Positions 27,972 to 37,541 of a stretch of DNA of 64,000 nucleotides are shown one piece after another; the stretch's first letter is position 1; every line of letters starts with the position of its first letter. A program made the translations under genes and the position numbers. A model generated the notes under the pieces. It saw only the letters and a list, made by a program, of their open reading frames with translations. It had not been told where the DNA came from and searched no databases. The stretch spans positions 90,780-154,779 of the forward strand of contig JASMDC010000003.1 in NCBI GenBank assembly GCA_030753015.1. The letters run 5' to 3'. This stretch comes from Candidatus Undinarchaeales archaeon. GTDB taxonomy: Archaea > SpSt-1190 > JASMDC01.

Positions 27972-29331
27972 TTATCGGCGCTGCCAGGCACCGCCTTGCT
28001 GCCCTTGCTGTGGATAACGACTCCATCCCGGGGGTGCTTGGTACATCCCGGGGGCGCCTCCATATGCTTGGGGCTGCTGCCCCCATTGCTGCTGGTCGGA
28101 GGGAGGCTGGACTCCTCCCTTCTTATTCTTGTCAAGGTAATAGGTCTTGAAGAGGTACACCCCCAGAAGGGGTAGGAGCACGATCTCGAGGGCGTCGTAG
28201 AGCTCCTTGATGTACATGATATAGCTGAAGAAGGTCTTAGTGAGGATGTACTCGAAGAGGCCCATGGGGGAAACTATGATGGTGTACTTCGTCGCAAAAA
28301 GCTCTTGGGCCTGATCCGAGCGCACCTTTATGATAATATCGCTCTGTTCTTGCTGTCGCCCGGAGAGGTAGGGGGCGATTAGGTCAACCCTGAACTGTTC
28401 CAAATCGCCGGGCTCCATAGGCTTGATCTGCTTGTACCAGTTCTTCATACCGAAGGAGCCATTGATTATGTCGACCACGTAGCTGTCGGTGATGTTACCT
28501 GCGTTCTCCACATCGAAGTAGAACACATGCTCCTCACCCTCCTGGATCTCCACGTTATCGTTGGGGAACGAGACCGATGGAAGGCACACACAGTCCTCTG
28601 TGTTCCGGCAGTTCTCGCCAATGCTCGGGACACAGGCCGTGTCGTTGCATCCAGAAGGAGTACAGTCGAGGGAGCATGAGAGACATTCGGTGGGCTCGCA
28701 GAGTCCGTCACCGCACCGAAGGATGCAGCGGTGGAGCGTCGCGTTGCAGGCCTCGTCGGGATTATCGCAGCCGCAGTCCTCGCAGCACGAGCCAGACGTC
28801 TCGAAGGGTTTCTCGCACTTCCCGTCTCCGCACTCGATTTCGTAGCATCCACGCTCGTCGGCCCGTTCGTGGTTCGGATTGCAGTACCGATCGAAACAGG
28901 GGCAGTCCGTCGGGACGGTGTCACAGTTCTCACCGAGCTTGACGTCACACACCCGGTTGTTCTTGCACGTGTCCTTTGAACAGTCCTCGTCACAGAGGCC
29001 ACATTCGTGCTCGCACTTCCCGTCGGGGCATACGGAGGCCGTGCATTTGGTGTACTTGCAGTGGTAACCCAGTTGGCACATGGAGTCGCAGAGGCAATAA
29101 CCTCCGTCCCCCGGGATGACCGAGACACAGCCCTTCTCTCCATTGCACACCTTACCGTCACCGCAGGGGAATCCGCAACCTATGGTGTTGAAGATACATG
29201 ACCCGGACCGGCAGAGCGCCTTAGTACAGGGATTGTCGTCCACGCATTCGAGGTCGTTCTGACATCCGGCGGCCAGGATGAGGAGCAGGCCAATCAGGAA
29301 TCCCAGGGTGCGTGCAGGGGGGATGTGACAT
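27972..29331 (-). CDS. Smaller cysteine-rich membrane-anchored paralog of the giant protein; apparent +1 frameshift near the start
   Basis: Matches the giant protein's last ~500 aa (CGDGxC repeats, GENCRN, VENAG, TM, QG-rich tail). SD GAGGTG-ATG at 29331 is out of frame by one base across a G6 tract at 29317-29322. Confidence 0.75.
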
Positions 29332-29353
29332 CACCTCGCGGCGCCGCGAACCT

Positions 29354-29674
29354 TTAATTTCCACCGTCCTTCCGTCGAGAAAGGATCTCGAGCCCGGCAT
29401 TGATGCCTATAAGGAGCTCGCTTATCTCGTGGGGGTCCGTCGTCGCCTCCAGCCTAGCTACGAGTTCATTGATTTTATAACTAACGATGCGGTCGAGCGG
29501 TCGAGCCTCCCCTTTCTTCTCGTTCGATACCCCCTGTTTCGAGCAACGGGGGCAGATGACCTTGCCCTTCACCTTGAAGAGTGGCGAACCACAAGTGGGG
29601 CAGTGCTTGGAGAGCATCTTGCCTCCTGCTAGAAGGAGCGTGGTCATCTCCTTGAGCGGATCTTCCTCCTCCAT
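29354..29674 (-). CDS. UPF0148 / autoantigen p27-like Zn-ribbon protein
   Basis: LLAGGKMLSKHCPTCGSPLF...VICPRC, an archaeal family signature. Confidence 0.88.
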   Translation of the reverse strand: MEEEDPLKEMTTLLLAGGKMLSKHCPTCGSPLFKVKGKVICPRCSKQGVSNEKKGEARPLDRIVSYKINELVARLEATTDPHEISELLIGINAGLEILSRRKDGGN

Positions 29675-29736
29675 TATGCTCACTGACCCGGTCCTAAAGC
29701 CGATGCCTTAAGAATGTTAGCCCCCTCGTATCCTGC

Positions 29737-30492
29737 ATGGCCGATGTAGAAGTGCGGTGCAAGTTGGAATCACTCGCAGGCTACACCCTGGTCATGGGTT
29801 TTCCTGACGTTGGGCTCGCCGGTGCGATTGCTGCAGAGCATATCTCCGCTAAAGCAGGGATGCGTGAAGTGGGCCACATCCAATCGGACCGGCTCGTACC
29901 CCTGGCGGTCGTCGAGGAAGGGATTGTCGCACGACCCATCTCCATCTACGTCTCCAAGCGCCGCAAGCTCGTCCTCATCCGCTCCTATGTCCACCTCCCA
30001 CCGCGGTTGGCCCACGAAGTATCCCGCGCAGTTGTGGGTTGGGCCCACGAATCAGGGATCACCGAGGTGATATGCTTCGCAGGCGTGCTCATAGAGGAAG
30101 GCCAGGACGGTGGCGATGACGTATACGTGGCGACCACGACAGGGGAGGCTTTAAACGGAGACCGTCTACAACGGCTGCTGAACCGGGATGGCGTGTATCC
30201 CTGGACGGGCTCCGTGTACGGCTTCGTAGGGCAGGTCTTGCTCGATTGTATCGATGTTGACCTCCCCGCCGTCTCACTCGTGGTGGAGACCCGTGCCGAC
30301 TACCCGGACGCCCGGGCGGCGGCCACCTGTATTCGCACCCTCAACCGGTATCTCAACCTACGCATAGACCTGGAGCCACTCATGGAGGAGGCCAACCTCA
30401 TCGAGGGGCAGATGAAGTCGGTTATGGATCATGCCAGCAGGCTCCACCAGCAAATGGAGCAGACGACGAGCGCGAACCTGATGTTCAGATAG
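29737..30492 (+). CDS. PAC2-family proteasome assembly chaperone (PbaA/PbaB-like)
   Basis: GFPDVGLAGAIA, YPDARAA, DLEPLMEEA..IE, C-terminal LMFR. Confidence 0.88.
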   Translation: MADVEVRCKLESLAGYTLVMGFPDVGLAGAIAAEHISAKAGMREVGHIQSDRLVPLAVVEEGIVARPISIYVSKRRKLVLIRSYVHLPPRLAHEVSRAVVGWAHESGITEVICFAGVLIEEGQDGGDDVYVATTTGEALNGDRLQRLLNRDGVYPWTGSVYGFVGQVLLDCIDVDLPAVSLVVETRADYPDARAAATCIRTLNRYLNLRIDLEPLMEEANLIEGQMKSVMDHASRLHQQMEQTTSANLMFR

Positions 30493-30726
30493 GTCACCCA
30501 TCTACCGATCTTCGGATGAAAAAAGGCACGTGACCACATCCATTCACCGTGTATCGGGCATCCCGCGCTAGATATCCCAATCCAAGCCATCTCCAGGGTC
30601 GGTTCATCGAGGGAAATGGTTCCCGGAACCTTCGTCCACCATGAACAGCGCAGAATCAGTCTATCGCTCCCCGGTGACAATGGTTGGCCCGGATTATTCA
30701 TTATCCTTGCATGGCAGATGATTACA

Positions 30727-31811
30727 TGGTGAGAACCATGGATGTGACAGATAAAGACCAATCGACGACCCTGCTGGTCGTTATTTCCATCATCGGGTGC
30801 ATCCTTGCGCTTGATGTAATGGATATAGATGGCAGATGGAATACGGATGTGGGCATAACCCGCCTTCGAGAGGTGGGGGTGTCCATAGGTAACTGGGGAC
30901 TGAACGCGGCTGGAGCCGTTCTACGTATCGTTGGCGACGGTATCGGCACTGGCGCATCGGAAGGCGCCTACTCGTCGCCGCCTTTCGAGGTGATATCACT
31001 ACAGGAACCGCCTCCACTGATGCCGAGAGTCGTTCACCAGCCAGCGCCTGCACCGCCGGTGATGACTGGGCAGGCGCCACCGGTGGACATGGTGTTCGTC
31101 CTGGATTCGACCGGGAGCATGAGTGATGAGATTACCACCGTAAAGCTACACATAGAGCGAATCGTGGCCGAGGCGCGGGATGGTGATCCGCAGCCTGACC
31201 TCCGCGTAGGTCTTGTGACCTATCGCGACCATCCACCAGAGGAGAGGGATTATCTACTTAGGACCATACCCCTGACGCATAACATCGATTCGTTCACCAA
31301 AGAGTTGGTGAATGTGAACGCCAACGGTGGCGGGGACTCACCCGAGGCGGTTGTGGAAGGACTCAAGGCGTCTCTTTCCCTAGACTGGAGACCCCGCGCC
31401 TCGAAGATTGTCTTCCTAATCGGTGATGCACCGCCGTACGGTCACTGCAACGACCGACGATCCCGGGGCGACCACCTCCTCAACGTAGCCCACTGGGCAG
31501 CCGATATGGGCATTGTTGTGTACCCCCTCTCCGGGTCCGGAATGGGTCCGTGCGGTGTGGGGCTATGGCAGGAGGTCGCACGCATCACCGGAGGCACTTA
31601 CGAGATGCTGGTGTATGAACGCAGAAACGTCCAGAAGGAGTACGAGGGGCGGGGAACGCCGCTTAAAGCCTGGCAGGTCGCAGAGATGCGGCGGGAAGCC
31701 ACCTTTGACGCAGAAAACAATACCGTGCTTGATAACCAGCTGGCCATCTTCGCCCGCGACAACATAGCGGCGCAGGTGGCTCGTGAGCAAGGCGTGAAGT
31801 ATAGTAGGTAG
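30727..31811 (+). CDS. Membrane-anchored von Willebrand factor A domain protein
   Basis: N-terminal TM, Pro-rich linker, MIDAS DSTGSM, YRDHPP, GGGDSPEAV, IGDAPP. Start uncertain. Confidence 0.85.
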
Positions 31812-31830
31812 GTATTATACCGTTCCCCGC

Positions 31831-32868
31831 CTAGAGCCCCTTGTCCGCTCCGCCGGCGAGGGGCTCGACCTCGGCCTCGTACCGGTCAGCAGTGGGGAAC
31901 TCGCGAACGATCGCGCATCGCAGCCCCTTTCTCGCGAGACGTCGTGCCACTGCAGATGAGGTCTCGATACGTTCCTTATCTGGATCGGGTGCCCATGAGC
32001 GACGGGGGAATGCTGCCATCACATTAGGATCCATAGTGTACACGACACCCTTCTCCAACAGACCATCATCGGTCACGCGCTCGAACGGTCGGCGCAGGTT
32101 CTGGGCTGTGCGGATGTAACGGTTGGCGAGCTGGATCCCGTCCTTGAGGTGTGAGGGGCAGAGCTGGACCGCAAGTGATGTGTGCTCCTCCGCCCAGCGC
32201 ACGAGCTCGGCGCCTAGCTCGTAACTCCCGTCCACGACGCATCCCTCGGGCGAAGGGACAAGTCCGTGCTCACGCATGGCAGATCCCGTTCTGTCCGTGT
32301 ACTCCAGTTCGTTGAGGTTACAGAAGGCAGCTCCCGCCTCGTCCAGAAAGCGCAGGTACGCTTTGAGGCGTTCGCTCTCGCCGGGGAGGACGGGCACTTC
32401 AGCACCCACGGCCCACTCAAGCTCTAGTGCGTGCTTCACAGCGTCCTTTGCGAAGTGGAACCGTATCTCGTCAACCCCGGCGTCATGCAGCTGTGAGAGC
32501 ACTGTAGATGTCGCCCGGGAGCCGTCCGTGTAGAGATGGATATGGAAACGCTCTCCCTGATGCTCCTTGAGGAGGCGGACCAGATGAACCGTCCGGTCGA
32601 CACAGGCGAGGGGATCGCCCCCCGTGACGCCAGCGCCGAGGGCACGCATACGCTCTGCCTCAAGGAGGATATCCTCGTCCCGTGCGATGGGCCTCTCGTT
32701 GGCCCACGTATCGTCCACTTCTCGTCGCCGGTCGGAGAGCGGGCAGTAGAAACAGCCTCGACCGCATACTCCCGTGACGAATAGCACGAGCTTGGCCCCT
32801 TTGACACATAGGCGGCATCCTGCGGGTAGCTTTCCCGTGTAGGGGGCGTCTGCTTTCGTGTACCGCAT
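31831..32868 (-). CDS. Archaeal radical SAM protein (COG2108-like)
   Basis: LPAGCRLCVKGAKLVLFVTGVCGRGCFYCPLS, TGGDP, HIHLYT, DEIRFH, NLNELE. Confidence 0.88.
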   Translation of the reverse strand: MRYTKADAPYTGKLPAGCRLCVKGAKLVLFVTGVCGRGCFYCPLSDRRREVDDTWANERPIARDEDILLEAERMRALGAGVTGGDPLACVDRTVHLVRLLKEHQGERFHIHLYTDGSRATSTVLSQLHDAGVDEIRFHFAKDAVKHALELEWAVGAEVPVLPGESERLKAYLRFLDEAGAAFCNLNELEYTDRTGSAMREHGLVPSPEGCVVDGSYELGAELVRWAEEHTSLAVQLCPSHLKDGIQLANRYIRTAQNLRRPFERVTDDGLLEKGVVYTMDPNVMAAFPRRSWAPDPDKERIETSSAVARRLARKGLRCAIVREFPTADRYEAEVEPLAGGADKGL

Positions 32869-32952
32869 CTGTGGGACACCTCGGGGCTTTTACTCTGCAA
32901 TAGTAACGTTTATATACTCATTCAGGGTACAGAATCTAGGTAGGGACGACCT

Positions 32953-33885
32953 ATGACCACGATCAAACAGTTCACCATAGAGCGCATAGAAGCCGTTTTC
33001 GTGATGCTGCTGATGCTTGTCATCATCGCGGCACTGAACGAGGAGGTTCGAATGCTCTTCGTGTTCCCCATTTTCCTCTTGCTGTTGGGGACCCTCATCC
33101 AAGTAGGTTTCAAGACGGGGATCCTCGTGCAGCTCGATGACTATGAACGGGCGATCGTGCTCCGTCGTGGTCGTTTCCACCGTATCTCCAAGTCGGGGTG
33201 GAACATAAAGCTGCCCTGGCTCGAGGAGATGAAGATCGTCGACCTACGACAGAAGACTATGAACCTCCCGCCCCAGCAGGCCTACACCGCTGACGAGGTC
33301 AAGGTCCATCTGGACACCGTTGTGTTCTACAAGGTTATCGATCCGCGCAAGGTCGTGCTCGAGGTTGACCACTTCACCGAATCGCTGGAGGAGTACGTCC
33401 GCTCCGCGCTTCGCGACATAGCGGGCAACTTAACCGTGGTGGAGCTTATCGGCGAGATCGAGAAGGTCAACGATCTCGTTAAGGCCAAGATAGAGCCTTT
33501 CACCTCGGACTGGGGTATCAATATCGTCGGCGTCCAGATCACCAATGTCCAGCTGCCGCAGACCATTGAATCTGCCATGCAGCAGCTCAAGCGGCAGAAG
33601 GACCTGTGGGCCGCAGCCCGTTGGCAGGCCAAGGCACGTCAGATGGAGATCGAGTCGCTCGCCCATGCAGCTAAGCACCTCGATGACCGGGCCCTCAAAT
33701 ACCTATATCTAAAGGAAGCGTTGCCCAAGCTCGCCGAGGGTGAGGGCAACAAGGTGTTCTTCCCTGTGGACTTCAAAAGCGGCGACATGTCCAATGCAAT
33801 GAGCATGGATCGCATGATGGAGAAGGAGAAGAAGGCCGAGGGTGAACAGGCGAACACCGCTCCGCCCCACATCCGCCAGCGGTAG
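32953..33885 (+). CDS. SPFH/band 7 (stomatin-like) membrane protein
   Basis: Two TM helices, YERAIVLRRGR, VDLRQ, TADEVKV, WGINI. Confidence 0.9.
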   Translation: MTTIKQFTIERIEAVFVMLLMLVIIAALNEEVRMLFVFPIFLLLLGTLIQVGFKTGILVQLDDYERAIVLRRGRFHRISKSGWNIKLPWLEEMKIVDLRQKTMNLPPQQAYTADEVKVHLDTVVFYKVIDPRKVVLEVDHFTESLEEYVRSALRDIAGNLTVVELIGEIEKVNDLVKAKIEPFTSDWGINIVGVQITNVQLPQTIESAMQQLKRQKDLWAAARWQAKARQMEIESLAHAAKHLDDRALKYLYLKEALPKLAEGEGNKVFFPVDFKSGDMSNAMSMDRMMEKEKKAEGEQANTAPPHIRQR

Positions 33886-33968
33886 TGCATCTGCGACCGT
33901 GCCGCGCGCACTCCTCAGAAAGGAATAAGATTCAGAGCATCCATAGGAATGCAAATCAGGTGACCCTC

Positions 33969-34115
33969 ATGTGCTGTGGCAGTCGTCCACCAGTGAGTTA
34001 TAATGGCCACGCAGGCTATGTATCGGGCGGATATTCCTGCGGTACTGGATGCACAAGTGATACCTACGGCGGGTACGGCTTTGGGGCAGGTAACAGCCAT
34101 CCACAGCGGTACTAA
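33969..34115 (+). CDS. Putative 48-aa Gly/Tyr/Ser/Cys-rich peptide
   Basis: SD AGGTGA at 33958-33963, ATG 33969; MCCGSRPPVSYNGHAGYVSGGYSCGTGCTSDTYGGYGFGAGNSHPQRY. Confidence 0.45.
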   Translation: MCCGSRPPVSYNGHAGYVSGGYSCGTGCTSDTYGGYGFGAGNSHPQRY

Positions 34116-34168
34116 TCGTATCGCTCAACCGCAACACTTATAGGGCGGACCATCCGCCAAACCGCACA

Positions 34169-34462
34169 ATGTATGCTCTGGACGACCTCGAGACGGTCGG
34201 ATATGCCGCGTCCATGGACGCGACTGTCTACTCGACGGTTAACGATCTGGAGACCGGGGACTGGGCTATTATCGGAATCGGTGCGGCTGTTGCCGTGGGT
34301 GTCGGTGCGTTAGTCTATGGCGTGGCCACAGGCAAGATAGACTGTGACCAGGGGTACTCTCCCAGCACGGACGGCGATGATGCCATTGACTGGTTGCTGA
34401 ATCCAGCGAATCCTGCCAGCCCGATCTCGCCAATGAACCCTGCCAGTCCCATCTGGAACTGA
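34169..34462 (+). CDS. Small single-TM protein with NPASP repeats
   Basis: TTATA box upstream; TM helix; C-terminus LLNPANPASPISPMNPASPIWN. Confidence 0.65.
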   Translation: MYALDDLETVGYAASMDATVYSTVNDLETGDWAIIGIGAAVAVGVGALVYGVATGKIDCDQGYSPSTDGDDAIDWLLNPANPASPISPMNPASPIWN

Positions 34463-34535
34463 TGTTACTACTGCCCCGTGGTAAACTATATAAAGGGCAA
34501 ATGACATAGGATAGAGGAGCAGAGAGGAGCGAACT

Positions 34536-36425
34536 ATGGAATACACCGGCGATCGGGAGGTGGACCTGCAGGCAATCCCATTGGAGGCTAAGTTGGATGC
34601 CGCCGTGGGCTACCTGCTCTCGACGCCTTACGAGCAATTGGAAGCCGGTGAACGCAACCTGCGTAACCATATCCTGGCCAAGAACGGGGCCCCCAACTAT
34701 AGGGCAGGCGAGGAACTCATCTCTACAATGGAAGGTGTCGCGTACGTCGCCAACGAGTACGGCGAGAAGGATGCGGCCAAGTTCTCAGCAGGCATCCAGG
34801 CTCCCTTGACACAGATGCTCACCGTGATGGAGCGGGACGTTGAGGAGCTCTACCAAGCGGCATCTAAGGACGAGCGACAGGTGCTCGAGAAATCCTCCTT
34901 CTCCGAGCTGTACACCCGTGTCATGGACAATTCTGACTCCCATCTGCGCGAGCTCATCGACTCATCGGCCCCTTACTCCGAGATAATGGCGAAGGCCAAG
35001 GAGTACGATGAGGAGCACACGGGCTCACTCTCACCGGCCGCTGAGACAATACACGACTTCTCGATCCGGGTGGACCGTGACCGCCGCGGTATATCACGAC
35101 AAGCATTCCTCATCCCCTACGGTCTTGTATCCATGGGCACGGCCGCCGCTGCCGGCGACATAGCTGGTGGCCTGCACCGCATGGCCAATATCGGCGTGCT
35201 CTCGTACGGACGCGAAGGAGTCCGCCGCGGTCTCGAGATGGGCCAAAAGGGCATCAAGTACATGGAGAAGCTCGACGGGGCCATCGACAAGTACCTACTC
35301 GATCCTATCAACGAACACTTCGACAAGGACTATCATTGTGAGGCATTTGCCAAGGGCTACGAAAAGTTTCTGGGCGGCGTGGACGTTGTGAACGAGAAGA
35401 TGGCACAGTACACCGGTTTCGACCTGGCGTCTACTGCAGTGTTCGGGACCGAGATCGCCCTGGGCATCATGTCACCCTATGCGCTCATCCCCCTGGCCGC
35501 GCTGATCAACGCACCGCGACTGGGTATGTACGTCTATGACAAGTTCAAGAAGAAGGATGACGGTTCACACCTCGTGGACGAGGTTGACAAGGAGCAAGGC
35601 ATGCTCTCGAAGTTCTGGAACCGGTTCAAGAGGACGCTCAACCTTGGCTTCTCCGTGGGTGACCGCTACGTCAACCCCCTGGCACTCAAGGCCGGGAAGA
35701 AGGTCACCAAGGACGACCTTGATAACGAGATCATCGACGATATACTCAAGGAGCTCGAGGGCCAGTACTCACCGAACGTGATCAAGGGTGTGGGCGATTA
35801 CCTCCATAATCATCTGGTCCTGGGCGAGAAGGAGAAGGAGCGCATCCGTGGCGTCACCGATGCCAACCTCGGATGTGTGGTGAAGACAAAGGTCGGCGAG
35901 CGGAACCTTAGCACCGGAAGGTACAACTGGGTGCCGGAGTACGCCGCAAAGGTCGCAACCGAGCTCAAGGTGCCCTATGAGGAGGCAAAGGGCCACCGGG
36001 CCGAGACATCCCGTCATGACGATGGCACCGTCGAGGACATCCTTGTGTACAAGGCAGGCCCTGAAGGCAAGGAGGAGGCCGAGGTGGTGTACCGCCGGAC
36101 CTCTACTGGATTTGAGGGGACCATCGTGCCCATCCTGGACCGACATGCCGGGAAGGGCGGTCTTGTGGAGGTCCCGATCTTCGAGGAGGGGAGTATCGCC
36201 CGCTACGATATGTTCGAGTACGAGATCGGCGTCACCGACCTCACCGACAAGGAAGGCGCCAAGCGCATCCTCTTCCACGAGGCCAAGCACATGGCGCACG
36301 ACCTCTCTTACTGGGAGGGTCTCAGGGGCCTTGGGGAGAAGGTCATCACCGAGCGCCTGAAGGAACGGCAGCGTGACCCGGCCAGTGGCGAGGTCGGGAA
36401 GGCCGAGGCCGCTGGCAGCGCCTAG
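34536..36425 (+). CDS. Hypothetical protein with hydrophobic central segments and C-terminal HExxH
   Basis: 629-aa ORF with TATAAA box and GAGGAG SD; ILFHEAKHMAH motif. Confidence 0.7.
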   Translation: MEYTGDREVDLQAIPLEAKLDAAVGYLLSTPYEQLEAGERNLRNHILAKNGAPNYRAGEELISTMEGVAYVANEYGEKDAAKFSAGIQAPLTQMLTVMERDVEELYQAASKDERQVLEKSSFSELYTRVMDNSDSHLRELIDSSAPYSEIMAKAKEYDEEHTGSLSPAAETIHDFSIRVDRDRRGISRQAFLIPYGLVSMGTAAAAGDIAGGLHRMANIGVLSYGREGVRRGLEMGQKGIKYMEKLDGAIDKYLLDPINEHFDKDYHCEAFAKGYEKFLGGVDVVNEKMAQYTGFDLASTAVFGTEIALGIMSPYALIPLAALINAPRLGMYVYDKFKKKDDGSHLVDEVDKEQGMLSKFWNRFKRTLNLGFSVGDRYVNPLALKAGKKVTKDDLDNEIIDDILKELEGQYSPNVIKGVGDYLHNHLVLGEKEKERIRGVTDANLGCVVKTKVGERNLSTGRYNWVPEYAAKVATELKVPYEEAKGHRAETSRHDDGTVEDILVYKAGPEGKEEAEVVYRRTSTGFEGTIVPILDRHAGKGGLVEVPIFEEGSIARYDMFEYEIGVTDLTDKEGAKRILFHEAKHMAHDLSYWEGLRGLGEKVITERLKERQRDPASGEVGKAEAAGSA

Positions 36426-36476
36426 GTCGCTACGACCAATACCTTGATAAAACTCCATCATCCTAGTACGACCATC

Positions 36477-36761
36477 ATGTCGATGGAGGACTTCCGGGCC
36501 CGCATCGATGTCGTTGACGAGCGGCTCGTGGGGGTGCTCGCTGAGCGCATGGCACTTGTGCGTGAGGTGGCCATGTACAAGAAGGGGCACGGGGTGGATG
36601 TCCACCAGCCTGACCGCATGCGGCAGCTCTTCACCCGTGTGCGAGAGCTGGGCGATCCCAAAGGGCTCGATCCTGACTTCGTTGAGCAGCTCTACCGGGA
36701 CATCGTGGACGAGGCCATGCGCATCGAGCACGAGGTCATGGGGTCGGGGGATAGCGAATAA
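36477..36761 (+). CDS. Chorismate mutase (AroQ class)
   Basis: RARIDVVDERLVGVLAERMALVREVAMYK...VHQPDR. Confidence 0.88.
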   Translation: MSMEDFRARIDVVDERLVGVLAERMALVREVAMYKKGHGVDVHQPDRMRQLFTRVRELGDPKGLDPDFVEQLYRDIVDEAMRIEHEVMGSGDSE

Positions 36762-36785
36762 GACTCTCGCCGCCCAAAGCCTAGG

Positions 36786-36815
36786 TTTTTAAACCAAATC
36801 CCCCGCCGGCGGGGG
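36786..36815 (+). promoter_or_regulatory. TATA box followed by perfect 16-bp palindrome (operator candidate)
   Basis: TTTTTAAA at 36786-36793; CCCCCGCCGGCGGGGG at 36800-36815; ATG at 36832. Confidence 0.45.
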
Positions 36816-36831
36816 CCTGGGGAAGATACCC

Positions 36832-37440
36832 ATGGATGTAGAGATCATAGACCGCAACTACGGCTCGGACTTCGACCAACTGCTGGGCGATGCCGAGAAG
36901 AACCTCAAGGACGACAGCTTCTACCTGACAGTGGTCGACATTTTCGGCCAGTACGCCGTCGGGCTCACATATCAGTCGGCTGAGGGAGTGTATGGCGCCG
37001 GGGCCGGCCCTCTGAGCCAGGAAGAGGCGCAGGCCATCGTGGAGAAGATCGACGAGTCCACCTCTGACACCGGATTCGGACCGAGCTTCGCTGTGTACGA
37101 GGGCGCGATTGCCCGAGTCGGAGACACGACCGTCCGAGTGCATGGTACCGGGATGGGCCAGCTGTCCGATGCGACCTCCGGCTACCTGGACAAGCTCGGC
37201 CGTGACGGCGCTAAGGGCGAGTTCGGCTACATGTCCGAGGACACATTCCTCTTCGGTGACATGTTCATTGGTAGCATCCGGTCAGGCGACAACGTGTACT
37301 TCGTGTCCGGTTTCACTGACGAGGAGGCCACGACCACCTTCCTGAGCGAGCTCGAGTCCGCGGGCTACACGGTCCGCGAGGGCATCAATCAGGACGACCT
37401 GGAGCTCCTGGAGAAGCTCAATCCAGAACAAGGGAACTAA
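36832..37440 (+). CDS. Acidic hypothetical protein
   Basis: 202-aa ORF with host-like codon usage, promoter and 3' hairpin. Confidence 0.7.
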   Translation: MDVEIIDRNYGSDFDQLLGDAEKNLKDDSFYLTVVDIFGQYAVGLTYQSAEGVYGAGAGPLSQEEAQAIVEKIDESTSDTGFGPSFAVYEGAIARVGDTTVRVHGTGMGQLSDATSGYLDKLGRDGAKGEFGYMSEDTFLFGDMFIGSIRSGDNVYFVSGFTDEEATTTFLSELESAGYTVREGINQDDLELLEKLNPEQGN

Positions 37441-37468
37441 CGACCAGTCTTCATAACCACCCCCCAGG

Positions 37469-37496
37469 TCGGGGGCGGTGTACCGTCCGCCCCCGA
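37469..37496. terminator. GC-rich stem-loop
   Basis: TCGGGGGCGG-N8-CCGCCCCCGA, perfect 10-bp stem after the stop at 37440. Confidence 0.5.
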
Positions 37497-37541
37497 TCAC
37501 CCAAATCCTTATATTGTTCCCTCACAGTGAGCGCCGCAGGC

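Noticed and set aside
13160-29331. Giant-protein operon as an integrated element at tRNA-Val
   Set aside because: No integrase or transposase and no duplicated tRNA 3' end (att site) seen.
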